Source: Marsupella aquatica
Taxonomy: Eukaryota > Plantae > Marchantiophyta
Direction: 5' to 3'
NCBI GenBank assembly: GCA_973895155.1
Contig: OZ316891.1
Location: 30,387,112 to 30,451,111 of the forward strand
DNA length: 64,000 nt
Made by a program: the position numbers and the translations under genes. The number at the start of each line of letters is the position of its first letter. Positions within the stretch are counted from its first letter, which is position 1. Positions 49,199-62,946 of the stretch are shown in pieces. The notes under the pieces were generated by a model. The model ran no database searches. It saw only the letters and a program-made list of their open reading frames with translations, and was not told the origin of the DNA.

Positions 49199-52013
49199 TC
49201 CGTTGCGGCGTTTGCTACTCGGGGTTGCTCATGCCCGTCTCCGAAGCAGCTAAATTCGTCGCTATGGTGGTGGAGCCGTCGTTCTCACGCCGTGGCCGAG
49301 CTGATACTGCTGGCATTGGATGTGCGAAACTCGCCACGATTCAGAAGCCGAGGCAAGGTCGAGCTGCTGTGGAGTGCTCGGCTCTGGACACAGCTTCCGG
49401 GGCAGCACCGGTAGATACTCCACCTTTGTCACCGGGTATGCTCTCTTCTTACCCTCCCCTCTCTCTCGCTGTGTCTCGCCCCTTAACAATTAAGTGCAAA
49501 TACTGGCAAGTACCTCCTCTATTCTTTTCAGCGTGGTGGAGCTTAAGATGGGCTTTCTAATTTGAGTCCCTTCCCGTCGTCTTTGCTTGTGTATCCTAAC
49601 TTTAGAAGGAACTTTCTTCTCGACCCGTAAGCTAATGACAGGAGCTGCGCGTTTTCTCTTTGCTGTCTCAATTTCTGATGTGAAGATCGAATTCAATTCT
49701 TGGAGCGGCAGAAAGGAATTGTCAAGTTCCGGCCGTGCATCGACATTCACAAGGTGTGGCGTCTGTGCCGTGTTGTCCTCTGATCCATGACTGGATCCGT
49801 CCAGTTAATTAGGATCCAACTTTTTCATCTCCTGCCGGGTGACAGTAATGGAAAAGTAGAGCTCTGATGGTTTTTTCTGGTTTGCCCTTTCGAACAGGGA
49901 AAAGTGAAGCAGATTGTGGGATCTACCCTGAGCGATCTTCCAGATGGAGAAGGCTCATCAGACTTGTCTACTACAGCAGCAGCTTTGGTCACAAACTTCG
50001 AGTCCGAGACATCTGCAGCAGACTTCGCCCGAATGTATAAAGATGATGGGCTGTGGGGAGGGCACGTGATTATGCTTGGTGCTGATCCAGCCAGTCAAGC
50101 TGCTGCACTTTCTGCCCTGGCTGCGTATCCAGGCAAGTTCATATTCGACTCCTCGTGTTGATAAAAAGTAAATATGGAATTTGTTGCTATAATGCTGCTA
50201 TTCGTCGAGTGTGAAATACAATGCTGATCATGTCGTTGCGCGTGTCTATTACCTTCAAATTTTCAGGAGGCCTACAACTGGGAGGTGGGGTTAATCCAGA
50301 CAACGCGAAGACTTATTTGGATGCTGGTGCTAGCCACGTTATTGTTACTTCTGTAATTTTCTCATCTGTTTCCTTGTTATGGTTTCTTTCCCTCGATTTG
50401 GTGTGGATTTGGCTTTGGAGGCATCAGCAGCCTCTTCCGTCTAGTAAAGAAATAAAACGTTAGACTATAAGTCGAAGCGATTTGAGTAATTAGATTGTAA
50501 TTTAAATCAAATAGGCACTTTTAATAAAGTGCATCCACGGACTCTTGCTTCAACGCTATCCAAAATTAGGGTTCTGGAAGAGCATATGTGCTCGTTCCAA
50601 AGATGTAGCACGCCCGTTTAAGCCATTCGAGAACATATTGATAAGACGTGGAAAATGGATTCTTAGTCGAGTCTCGACACAGGGGTCTGTTTGCTAAAAG
50701 TTCTTTTCACACGTCTCTGTACATTCAAGTCCCCCATGCTTGAATATTTGACTCATTTTGCGAATGTATTGGATCTCAGTATGTTTTCAGCCAAGGGCAG
50801 ATGAAGTCTGAAAGGTTGAAAAGCCTCGTTCATATAGTTGGCAAGGATAAGCTAGTTCTCGACTTAAGCTGCAGGAAAAAGGTAGGTTCTGCTCCGTTAG
50901 GCTGTTTGAAAGGTCAAACGAAGGATCGTTGCATTGTGGCTGTGTGGTACTGTTTTATCTATTACTTCTTTTATCTGTCAACAATGCCACAAAATAATGT
51001 GCCAGTATTGTTTTTGTCTGCTAATAGAGTTAGAGTATCCGCCTGCTAAATTTTTGTGTGTTGTAGTCCAACGTCGCTCTGGATGTAGGTCTGTAAATTA
51101 GCCACTGATAAGGAAATAGCTGGTACTGCAGGATGGGCAGTATTTTGTAGTCACAGACCGATGGCAACGATTCAGCAATCTGGTGGTAAATGAAGAGACT
51201 CTAGTAAGTTTATCTGCGTCAGCTGACGAGTTTTTGGTACATGGAGTCGACGTCGAAGGCAAGAGGTACTGTTCTAGTCTAGAGAGCCTTAATGTTTACT
51301 AACACTTCGGTTAACAGAAGGCAATTACAAGTTCAAATAGAGTCTTTTGTGACGTCAACGGCTTGAAGGTGAACCATTTATTGCATGTGATCCATCGTCA
51401 TACATGCTCTTATAATAAGAAGTTTTTCCAGAAGTGTGGATTGTTGGATCTCAACTTTCTATCGTTACTTCCTTTGCAGGTTAGGAATTGATGTGGAGCT
51501 TGTCAGGCTTCTTGGAAAGTGGTCTCCTGTAAGTTTTTCTGATTTGAGTGTCGTACTGCCATCGAACCGTGCTGCATTGGTGTTTGTTGTCGGGTTTCGC
51601 CCTGTTATGGTTCAGCTTTTGAGAGTGGAATTTGTGTAAGGCACCTGCACAATTTCTGTTCTGAGAGTAGTCGATCGGAGTTGGTGATTTCTTTGCATAA
51701 ACTTCATTTCCTGAAAAGGGAGCCGTGGGTTGCTACATATTTGCAATTTCATTGTATTGATCTACAGCTGAAGCTGTCTACTTGTAGGGTTTATCGATGA
51801 GAATGGATCTAATTGCGCTCGACGTTTGTGAATGTATCACAGATACCAGTCACGTATGCTGGTGGTGCCAGGTCTTTGGATGACCTTGAATGCATCAAGG
51901 ATGCTGGTCTTGGGGCAGTAGACGTGACCGTGGGAAGTGCTCTGGACGTATTTGGTGGTGCTCTCCCTTACCAAGAAGTTGTGCAATGGCACAAGTACCA
52001 GCAAAGACAATGA
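49072..52013 (+). CDS. HISN3: Plastid ProFAR (BBMII) isomerase of histidine biosynthesis, HIS6/HISN3 type; 8 predicted exons
   Basis: [10 protein letters not shown]|[23 protein letters not shown]|[64 protein letters not shown]. Exon 1 resembles a transit peptide. Start is uncertain (in-frame ATGs at 49072, 49144, 49231, 49264). Confidence 0.93.
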
Positions 52014-53049
52014 GTATCGTGTGTCGCAAAGCAATTGGCCATGTAAGGTCCATTTTGGACCATACATGTCCTTCCGGGTTAACTGTCATTCTATTTAGCA
52101 ACGCCTAATTCTTTTTCGAGTTGAATTGTGTGCGACCATTCTTTCGTTAATCGAATAATCACCGGTTGAGCAAGGGGCAACCTGTTTTTAGGTGGTCTGC
52201 ATGATCCTTTCAGGCCAACAAATTTGTACGATATTGTCGTGCTCAGCGCATCATGTTGTCAGCATGGGGTATAATTGGAGTCGTCAAATCCAAAATGGAG
52301 CCAAGACTATGTTTTCAATCCAAGCATTCAGAATTATTCCTCCACTACAGCGATTCTTTTGCAGCAAACGGGGTTTGAGGTTGCGTAGCCTGAAGACTGG
52401 CGGTCATCAGTCTCGTCATGTAGGCGATGAGCTAGTTGAATATGGGCCAGACTGTATTGTTAAGATTTGGGTGTTTTGTGCGGTTGTGCTCGATGCACAA
52501 CATGATATAGGAGCTGAGGGACCAAACAGGATGCAATGATAGCCATCTCTGGGATGGAGAAAAACACTGAGGAGGCATTTGAAGTGGCGCTTCCACTTAG
52601 ACGACTCCTTTGAGTGACAACCACTCACCTTCGCGTTTCACGGGACAGGAAAAGTGGCACCTTCATGTTCTAGCAGTTCAGGAGAGTCTCAATGGGAACA
52701 GGGTGCTACGCTGAATCGGTAGAGGGTATAGATTCTCACAAGAACACAACACCAAACTCAATGTACACTCGACATTCTGCAGGACCGTGCATAACATTTT
52801 TAGCAAGGGATGGATAAGCATCACTCCAACCCTGTGTTCCAGAAGAGAATTGCAGCAATGTGGGCAGAGGCATAGCAAAAGCAAGGCCATTGGGATGGTG
52901 AGATTCTGATTAAGAAGGCTAGAAAAATCTGATTAAGAAGGCTAGAAAAATCTTTACTGGGGCAAACTTCGAGCAGCAGAAAACTTCTGACTCTTTGGGA
53001 CGGCCGCTAAGGGGGGCCTTAAAAGAAGTGTGGGGCAGTTCGCTTTTCC

Positions 53050-53320
53050 CCCGTCTCAGATCCAATCCCAGCCATTCGAATGTGGGGACACGTTTTTCCT
53101 ATGTCTGCGATGCAATCCTAGACAATCAAATGTGAAAATACGCCAGATTTCACTTTTCATAGGGTTTTCCTATGTCTGAGACGTAATCCTAGACATTCAA
53201 ATGTGAAAATGCGCCAGACCTCACTTTTCATAATCTTGGGGGCACAATCATGCAAAATCATTACCCTGCTTTTTTCCCTATGGATGAGATGCAATCCTAG
53301 TCAATCAAATGTGGGAACAA
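53050..53320. repeat. Degenerate ~70-bp repeats
   Basis: cctatgtctg(c/a)ga(t/c)g(c/t)aatcctagaca(a/t)tcaaatgtg recurs 3-4 times. Confidence 0.75.
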
Positions 53321-53884
53321 GCTGGATTTCCAACGCATGACTTTGGGTCCACAATCAGGCGACACCATTTCTAGTCACCTGCTAGTGGGCCCCATTTTGA
53401 TGTTGATGTGTCCATGCCTTTTTGTCAACAATATAAGAATGGACCGAGCAGCTGCTAGTCGTTCCTTTTGGCCCCTTTTTCGTTGATTTATTCATTCTTT
53501 TTTGTCAACGACTTATAATAGTGCACCAAATAGCCGGTTCTCTTCCGGGTCTTGCTTTAGGGGCACTTTACATGAATTAATGGACAGAAACCGAGAGTAC
53601 ATTTCTGTTTTCCTCTACCAGATCCACAGGCCCATGGAGAGTGTCTCCTTCCCCCCCTCCCCCCCAACCGCCCCCCCCCACCCCCCTCCCTTCCCATTAT
53701 TGGGCCATTGGGACCCTGTCTTCCCCCCCCCCCCCCTCCCTTCCCATTATTGGGCCATTGGGACCCTGTCTTCTGGTTTGGGCGTTTTTACCTTTTGGCA
53801 CCAGGCAATGCACTAAAAAGTGTCCGGATAGAATGAGAATGGAAGGAGAGGACACTTCCTCCTCCAGTAGTCTAACTTTGGGCA

Positions 53885-54465
53885 AAACTATACTGCACAC
53901 ATCAGCATTCTGGACCCACTCTTGTCCATGTAGGTTGGGAGAAGTCAACTACAAGAGCCCTCTCAACTTCAACTTCATGTAAGTTGGACCCCTTCTGAAT
54001 GAAATTAAAAATTAAAAAACTATTGTCAGTGCCTGTAAGACTGGGAGAAGTTCACTGCAAAAGCCATCTCAATTTCATGTAAAGTTAAAGTGGATGGATC
54101 ACTTGATATGAACAATCACTTGAAATCAACAACTATATTGCACACATCAGCATTTTGGTCCCACTATTGTCACTATCTGTAGATTGGGAGAAGTCCACTG
54201 CAAAAGTCATCTCAACTTCATGTAAAGTTAAAGTGGATGGATCACTTGATATGAACAATCACTTGAAATCAACAACTATACTGCACACATCAGCATTTTG
54301 ATCCCACTATTGTCCATGTAAGATTGGGAGAAGTCCACTACAAGAGTCCTCTCAACTTCATGTAAAGTTAAAATGGCCGATCACTTGATATGAACAACTA
54401 TACTGCATACATCAGTATTTTGGTCCCACTTTTGTCCATATAGATTGGGAGAAGTTCACTACAAG
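53885..54465. repeat. ~120-140-bp tandem array (4-5 units)
   Basis: aactatactgcacacatcagcattttgg...gattgggagaagt(c/t)cactacaa...ctcaacttcatgtaaagttaaa is repeated. Confidence 0.88.
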
Positions 54466-55029
54466 GGCCTACCGTGCGGGCTCTCACACACGATTTCCAT
54501 ATACGACCCTGGTACCCTCACACCTAGCTTCCGGTTGTACAATAGGTTATGGTGCCACAATTGAGAAGAGAATTCAGATGTAGGTAATTCTAGCATTGAG
54601 TTGTTATCAGCCTCATAGAGTAGTACTTGGTGATGTGGTATTCAATGCACCCCTACTAAGGTAGAAGCAGTTTGGGTCCGTCTTAGTCAGATTTGTGGTA
54701 TGTTAGTCCACTAGGGAGACAACTTTGCGCAAGGTCGGAGACTCAGGTATTGGTAGGATAACTAAAGATATGTCCAAGGAGTAGAAGTCAGGATGTGACA
54801 GACAAGTTTAGGCTCTGTTAGTAGTGCAATTAAAACTGCCAGGGTATGTCATTTACGCTAGTGCCATGATTCAATTTGACTTGGTGCAATCATTCTAAAA
54901 TTTCCAAGAAATTGAATATATCTTATTTTAAATCTTCTGCTAGTGAGTCAAAGAGTTAATAATTTCAATGGGCTTGGAGTGAAGCATAAAAGAACAACTT
55001 TATTACTTAGTTGAAAAGCAGGAAAATAT

Positions 55030-55353
55030 AACCAATTGGTTTAGGTCAATTGGCTAGGGGATTTGCCTGGAACTGAGAGGTCCCAGGTTCAATCCCCCCT
55101 CCACACACTGGGGTGTGGAGGGTATATGTGTGTGGGTGGGATGGGTTTTGTGGGTAGTGGATTGGAGTTTTGATTATCTGCTCGGCCCTTGGTAGCTCAC
55201 TTTGTGGCCCTGATGTAATCCTCTCTCCTTCCTGGTGCAGGTCCCTGTTGGATCCGTTGGGGCTCACCCTGGTTTGGGTTCCCTACAGAAAAACTGTCAC
55301 ATTGGGGTGGGGGAGTCTAATTGTATTTCCTCCCCATTTCCGTTCAAGACAAA
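55030..55353 (+). mobile_element. tRNA-derived SINE
   Basis: A-box-like TAGGTCAATTGG (55042-55053), B-box GGTTCAATCCC (55086-55096), A-rich 3' end, and a 16-bp TSD aaaagc(a/g)ggaaaatat at 55014-55029 and 55354-55369. Confidence 0.85.
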
Positions 55354-56278
55354 AAAAGCGGGAAAATATGATTACAATAAAGAGTGAATAGTAAACCAAT
55401 CAAAGGGTCATGAGTGAAAACCTTCACAATTTAATGACTTTTTCAGTTGAAGATGAATAAAGAATGATTCCCACTAAACAAAGTTAATATTCTCTTGCAT
55501 TGATAAGACCGGGGATGAGACAGTTTTAGCGTGCAAAGATTAAAAATATGCTCTTTTGCATTAAACCTATGGGTAATTAAACATTCTTAACCTTGATGAG
55601 TCATTGTTCATCAGGACAACAAGATGCTCAAAAGGACTCATCAAATAAAGTTTGAGTGTACGAAGTAGTCTAATAGGTTTATTAATAACCGAACTTTCCA
55701 TGGATATCCTGGGCCAGAGACATCTACAAAATATATGATTTACTAAGTGGTCCTTGTCACATCTACTCTACCTAAGACATTCTGAGGTCTCCTTAACCTT
55801 GTCAGATCTGAGGCAGTCTTGTCTGAGGTAGTCACCCAGGAGGTTTCCTTAAAATTATCACATCTCGCTCTACCCAAGACACTGTAATTTTGATGTTTAG
55901 CTGAAAAACAAAAGCGCACAAAGGCCACAAAATGAAATTTATGATCTGAATGAAGATTGATGAAAACAAGGTACACTTTGAGCCAACACAGTTTTTTATT
56001 CTTTCTTCACTTCAAGTGACGGTGAATTCAAATGGCGGTAGGGTATGCCTATCCAAATCTGTGTGTTAATGGCCTGTGTTACAACTCCAGGTCACAAACT
56101 ACTCCCAAACATAGTTTTCCTATCATAACTCATCGTGGTTTACTCTCCCGTTTACTCTTCCCAAACATAATGTTTGCAATAATAACTTGTAAGGCTTTAT
56201 GCTTAGTTGGTATCCCATCCTCTTTTGGGGCTATGGTCCTAAAACCCACCACCTCAATCCTTCATTAATTAAGAGCAA

Positions 56279-56651
56279 TGATGACATTCACAATAACATG
56301 CCGATATTTAACCTTTGAACAAACAAGTAGTCAACACAGAGAAATATGTGGTTCATCTCAGCAAAGGCTATGTCCACATGAACGTACACACAAGAGCTTT
56401 AATGCACCTGCCAGCCAAGCCATGCAACAAGTCTCCGCAACACAATTCAAGCTCTTTCTAGCTATCTCTCAACTGGCTTTATAACAATGAGCCTGAGTCT
56501 CGGTCTGAGTTCTCCTATCCAAGCAAACATTGTTTGGAGATATAGTGTGCAACACAACTAACCTAACCATGTTTGTGACTAAGGGTAGCACTAAGTAATT
56601 AACTATGATTATAGTCATAATTCTAGACCTAAGAGTAAAGCCTAGCTAACA
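56279..56651. mobile_element. Possible solo-LTR relic related to the neighbouring copia LTR
   Basis: TG...taaCA ends; caagtagtcaacacag..ggttcatctca..ggctatgtccac resembles LTR positions ~57012-57066. No TSD found. Confidence 0.45.
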
Positions 56652-56961
56652 CTCCAGGGGATGGATTACTCTACACTCAATACCCTTTGTGTGTTTTACC
56701 CTTCTAATTTCTGGTGCTTTTTTCTTGGCAAGAGCATCTCCTACGGTGTAAGCTATTTGCTTACCGTATACATTAAATACAATGTAAGGAGTTGCCTTTT
56801 TTAGTCTAGTGCATATGGCAAGGATTATATCATGTCAAAATGCAAGCCCCAAAAATGGTTATTGGGTCATTCAGTACCACTTGACATAGACACCTTTGGA
56901 TACTAATCATTAGATCTTGGAGAACCCAAAAATGAATCTTATATTCAGTCAATGTGCTATA

Positions 56962-59900
56962 TGTTGGGGATAATCCTTATCCCAAGACACCATGCACATG
57001 AGAACACCATACAAAGTAGTTGACACAGCGAGTACTGGTTCATCTCATGATCGAGGCTATGTCCACGGGAAAGCAAGAGACCTTTACTTCTCTCTTGCTC
57101 AACTCCAACAATGAACTAAGATCCACCAGGGACTGGTACCAGCCCTGGCTATATACACAATAGCACTACCGCTAACCTTAGCTAAGTACTAACCTGAGTT
57201 AGCCTAACTGTGGTTAGCTCAAGAGTCACAAGACTAAGAGCAATACCTAACAAACTCCCCCTTGACTCTTGTCTTGGGGACTGGACTAATTGCTACCATA
57301 TGGAATCCTCAGCGGGAAGTTCTAGACAATCACCTAAACAAGTCTCCCCCTAAAAACCACAAGGGTTAACTAGAACTAAGCCGTAGCCAAACTAGAATGA
57401 GTAATCCATATACAAATAGTCACAACCTTGCTAAGTAACTATACTTGCGCTACAACTGCAAAACCTGCAAAGTAGCACGGTGTCTTGAGAAACTCTCCAA
57501 AGAAATCACTTTGGTAAAGGCATCAGTGGGATTGAGCTTTCCATCAATCTTGACTAGCTCAAAAGTTTTATCAGACACTGCTTGCCTGATAAAATGGTAC
57601 CTGATATCAATGTGCTTCGCCCTACTATCCATCACCTGGTTAGCAGCCAAGTGAAGAGCACTCTGACTATCACAATTTAAAGACATTTTGCCATGCTCTA
57701 AACCCATCTCCGTGATCAACCTATCCAACCAAATTGCTTCCTTTGTCGCTTTTGCTACTGCAACATACTTTGCTTCTGTAGTAGACTGAGAGATACACTT
57801 CTACAAGGTAGATTTCCAACTGATACATCCTCTTCCAAGAGTAAATACATACCCAATTGTAGATCTTTTTGTATCCAGACAATCTTCATAGTCAGAATCT
57901 ACATAGGCAACCAATGTTCTATCTGATCTGACATCAAATAGTAATCCATAGTCCTGTCTTCTCTTCAGATACCTGAGAATCCATTTCACAGCTTCCCAAT
58001 GTACCTTCCCTAGATTTGACATGAATCTGCTAACCTTGCCTATTGCTAGGGCCAAGTTAGGCCTAGTACAAGTCATCAAATACATCAGACTGCCTACTGC
58101 CTTCTCATAAGGAATCTTAGCCATGAGATCTTTCTCCATAGCATCTGTAGGAGAGAAAGCCGATGATAACTTGAAATGTGAAGCTAAAGGAATACTCACT
58201 GGCTTACAATCCTCCATGTTGAATCGTGCAAGTACCTTCCTCACATACTTGCCTTGATTCAAGCACAACTGTCTAGTATCACAGTTCCTAAAAATCTCCA
58301 TTCCTAAGATCCTCTTGGCCTTACCAAGATCCTTCATCCTGAATTCAGAACTCAATTTTGCCTTGAGTCTGTCAACCTCAGATTGATCTTTAGCCACAAT
58401 CAGCATGTCATCCACATAGAGAACCAGAATGATGAAACCAAACACATCATTCTTGACTGATTTTGTATACTCACAAGGATCATACACCATCCTTGTAAAA
58501 CCTTGAGCAAACATGAAATCATCAAGCCGCTTGTTCCACTGTCTAGGAGCTTGCTTCAATCCATACAAGGACTTGAGCAATTTGCAAACTAATTAAGTTC
58601 TCTTGGCCCTTCTTCATAAAGCCTAGTGGCTGTCTCATGAAGATCATCTCTTCCAAGTTACCATAGAGAAAAGCAGTAACAACGTCCATCTGATCCTTCA
58701 CCAGACTAAAAAACACAACAAGCTGACACAAGATTCGAATTGTGGAATACTTAGCCACCGGTGAAAAGACCTCATTGTAATCCACTCCTTTCTCCTGAGT
58801 GAATCTCTTGGCAACAAGCCTTGCCTTGTAGATCTTGTCTCCACCCTATGAAGGACTGTCCTTCAACTTGTGAATCCACTTGCTGTCCATCACTTGCTGT
58901 CCACCACTCCCATGTCTTGTTGTCACTCAAAAATTGCAACTCCCTCTGCATTGCTGCGTTCCACTCATGCTTCTGCTCTGAGGCACAAGCCTCATTGTAC
59001 AAAGAAGACTCTCCTTCTTCCAAGATCAAAGCCATATCATCATCATTAGGTGCAATGTCAATGTCATCTAGTTTAGATGAGTATGTCTATTGACCATACC
59101 TGGTAGGAGCTCTAGTAGAACGACTGGAAGTTCTTCTAGTAGACAATTCAGGCTGATCTGTTGCTGCTGGTTGAATTTGAGGTATCCCAACAACAATCTT
59201 CTCCTCTTTTTCCATCACAAGAACCAACTCCATGCACGGAGCTTCTCCATCTCTCCTGTTATGAATATCATCATAACTAATTTCCCCCTCAACCCGGTCT
59301 GGGATGGGAAATTTCCCTTTGTCAGTATGGGAGTCCTGAGAACTCTCCCCCTCCTTTGATGATGATCTGGATTCATTAAAGGACACATCTCTACTGACAA
59401 TGAGCTTATAGGTAATTGGATCCTATAACCTAGAGCTCCATGACTTACTAGACTGCAAATTAGAAATCAAACCTCTTTTCAGAAGTACAGCCAAACATTT
59501 TTCACTTATGTGACCTAGCCGAAAGTGCCACAGCCGGGCCGTCTTCTCATGAGATAAGGTTACATTGGCTTCATCACATACTACTTTGCCCTCCAAAACA
59601 TACAAATTTTTGTGCCTCTTTCCCTTCAACATAACCTTAGTACCGGTTGAAACCTGAAGGACACCATTAGTAGAACTCCACTGATGACCATTTGCTTCTA
59701 ACATTCCAAGTAAAATGAGATTTTTCATCGTGCCAAGAATATGTCTCACATTCCACACTATTCTTACAACACCATCAAACATCTGTAATCTCATAGATCC
59801 AAGTCCAACTACTTGGCATGGGATTCCATTTCCCCTCAACATTGAATCATTGGAAACCGTGTAAGAACTGAAAAACTCTCTCCTATAGCAAATATGAAAG

Positions 59901-62900
59901 GTACAAACACTATCTAGTATCCAACCATTATCTCCCTGATGTGATACTACATTGAGGGCAAAGTAATGGCATCACAAAATATCATCATCGAGTAAATCTA
60001 CCTCATGTGCGCTGGATGCCGCATTAGCTGATGGGGTAGAGTCCTTTATCTGACAATCTCTCTTCATGTGGCCTGACTTGCCACATTTCTAACATGCAAG
60101 AGGCTTCCTCTCTTGTGATTTTCCTCTGGATTTAGATCTCTCTTTGACGTAGATCTAAATCTGTTCTGCCCATTCGTGCGCTGCGCTGGACTTCCACAAT
60201 TCACATTCAACGCAGTACCAGAAGAAGATGCTGTTTGTGCTAGACCCAACTTCTTCTGAGCATCATCAGACAGTAGAGAGCTCACCACCTCATCATATGA
60301 AATGGACTTAAGATCTCTGTACAAGAGCACCTGTTTCAAGCCCTGATAAGATGGCGGTAAGGAGCTTAGCAAAAGCAAGGCCTTATCCTCATCTTCAACT
60401 CCCTTACCCAGGTTTGACATATCCACCGCCAGGCTGTCAAACTCATCTAGGTGATCTTGCAGCTTGCTCCCTTCCTTGAGCCTGAGGCTCATCAAGAGAG
60501 ACTTCTTGTACAGCCAGTCTGATGCATCTTCCCAGTAGTACTTCTTTGTGAGGGCCTTAAAGAGTGATGCACAATCCGCATAATCATCCAATTTCTTGAT
60601 GATATGCGGCTTGAGGTAAAGCATCACCGCATTGACAGCAATCACCTGCTTCTGTCTCCACTGCTTCATAGAAATCTCCTCCTTACTATCATACTGCTCT
60701 CGTGTAGAGAGCAGATGATCTAGGCCCATGGCACAAAGAACACCCTTTACTTGCTTCTCCCATAGCAAGTAATCAGTACGGCCGTCGTACTTCTCCACCT
60801 CAAACTTCACTCCTCCAAATCTTGCCATCTCTATCTTCTTCCCAACTATTGACAGCTCTGGTAGTAGAACAACTTCCTCCACTGCATGCCGCACCGGTGA
60901 TACTTGTTCCTCCTCAAACGGTACCAGCTCCTCCTCAAACTCTCTGTTTGACCGTCGCGAACCTGAAGCTCCACCAACGTCGATTCTTCCAGTATACTCC
61001 AAGTCACTCATATGAGAAAATCACAAAAAACTGTCTTTTTTTGAAACTTCTCATAAAACTTAGAACTCAACACCGCCGCATAGCCCACGTAGCTAGGAGT
61101 CCAAAACTGAAAATAAAAATTGAAAACAAACTTCGACAAAAAATTTATTCAGATTTCGGTCGGGGTGGGTAAAACCATGGAAAACTCCCCCATTTTGATC
61201 ACCTCCAAGAATCTCCAAAATGTGAATGGGCAATCGATGTCGGAACCGCAAATGGAGTGGTGCACCGTGTAGCTAACTCGAATAGCTACCACCTCCCCGA
61301 AAACAAATGGAAAAGTTACCGTTTCCCCGTACCAATTTTGGTCTACAGCCAAAAAAACGCTCTTTGTGTTTTCAAAATATTCCCCGCACTGTACAACAAG
61401 GCTCACAGGGGGCCGTTCCCCCTGTCCAAGCGGTTAAAATGGAGGGTCATAGGGCCCGGGATGTGGCACAACCAATGAGGAGGAGGAGAGAATTTTTTTC
61501 TTCAGAAAAAAGCACTTTAAAGGGGTCAAAACTTGAAAAAATGGAGTTTAAAGGGGTCAAAATGCGCATATTTGTGCGTATTTGGGCTGTGTAAGGGCGC
61601 TTTTTGGCTGATTTGCACCAAAAAATGCACGTTTTTGTGCTTATAGGGGTGTGGGAGGCCGGAGCGCGCGCCGGGGCGTATGGCAAAGTAGGTTTGTCGG
61701 GATTTGAAGGTATACGGGCCGTATGGGGGCAAAAAAATGCCCTAAACTAACCTTAAAATGTGCCAAAAAATGACACAAAGGCCGTGTTACAAACCTTAGC
61801 CGCCTCCGCTTCGGTTTCCAATGAGAAAAATGATGACCGCCGACATGAAAATGTTGCCAAATTGCACCGGCACCTCGGGGGGGTCACTTCCATGGAAGTG
61901 GCATATCATGTGCGACGAAGTATACGGCCATTTAAATGGTTTTGGCGGAAGACTTATTAAGTCTTCTATGGAAATATAGGGTTGTTTAATTGCAAAATGC
62001 ATACATGTCATCACATGATTGGTGCCGTACAACTTTCTAGAAAGTGACTTAGGGGGGTCATAAATGACCCAAACCGTCGCACGTGATGTATGACCCTTCA
62101 TATAGTGACCCCCCGAGACGGGCACATCTGCAGCTCCACCAGAGAAGAAAAAACCTTTGCAATGTCTTACTCTCTCTGCATCAAGAGCCAATCCCGGACT
62201 CAAAATGATTGCCTCACCACGATCTCTCCGTTGAGCCTCAGCACTTCGCATATCTTCCTCCGAGTCAAGCGTCACAACGAGTAATCCGGTTCAGGGAAAA
62301 ACAAACATCATAGCTTGTCAAAAAACCAGAGCTCAACTTTCACTCGTCACGACGCACTCGCTCCACAAACGTCAGCAAACCAGGTATCAAAACGACCAGC
62401 TCGCTTCAACCTTCAACTTGAGCTATAACATGCGACGCCTCCCGCACCGCACAACTCACACTATAGCATAAATGAACTCTTGTCTCTCCCACAAAAAAAC
62501 CATCGAACATGAAAACTCCACAAAAATACAATTTCCGCGTTTACTTCTCACTCAAAAATCCGATTGATGATTTCTAACCGCCGTTAGAAAGCTCTCACAA
62601 TGATCTATCCGATTAGTCCCCCTCAAAAAATTTTCATGCGACTAAACCCCCCGGGATCTTCAACCGTCGATTACACAAGAAAACTCTTGTCACCACGATG
62701 TCACCTCCCAGGCATGCTCTGATACCACTTGTTGGAGATAATCCCTATCCCGAGATACCATGCACATGAGAACACCATACAAAGTAGTCGACACAGCGAG
62801 TACATGATTCACCTCATGACCGAGGCTATGTCCACAGGAAAGCAAGAGACCTTTACTTCTCTCTTGCTCAACTCCAACAATGAACTGAAGATCCACCAAG

Positions 62901-62946
62901 GACTGGCACCAGCCCTGGCTATATACACAACAACACTACTGCTAAC
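56962..62946 (-). mobile_element. Ty1/copia LTR retrotransposon (Tork/Tnt1-like), decayed
   Basis: 3' LTR 56962-57252 (TG..CA); PPT at 57253-57262; PBS complementary to tRNA-iMet (gctctgatacca, 62716-62727); 5' LTR 62730-62946, truncated. Confidence 0.95.
57450..61011 (-). pseudogene. Copia gag-pol pseudogene (gag, protease, pre-integrase, RT, RNase H; integrase core deleted)
   Basis: KFEVEKYDG..LW, LLLSSLPPSY, WILDS, LWHFRLGH, LKSLYGLKQAPRQW, LYVDDML, CDSQSAL..KHIDIRYHFIR. Several frameshifts and stops. Confidence 0.93.

Noticed and set aside
52906-53772. Short direct repeats (23 bp at ~52906; ~39 bp at ~53685 and ~53735)
   Set aside because: Ordinary local slippage duplications with no associated element structure.
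55035-55105. Functional tRNA gene
   Set aside because: A and B boxes are present but there is no convincing acceptor stem or T-run terminator; the body and TSD indicate a SINE.
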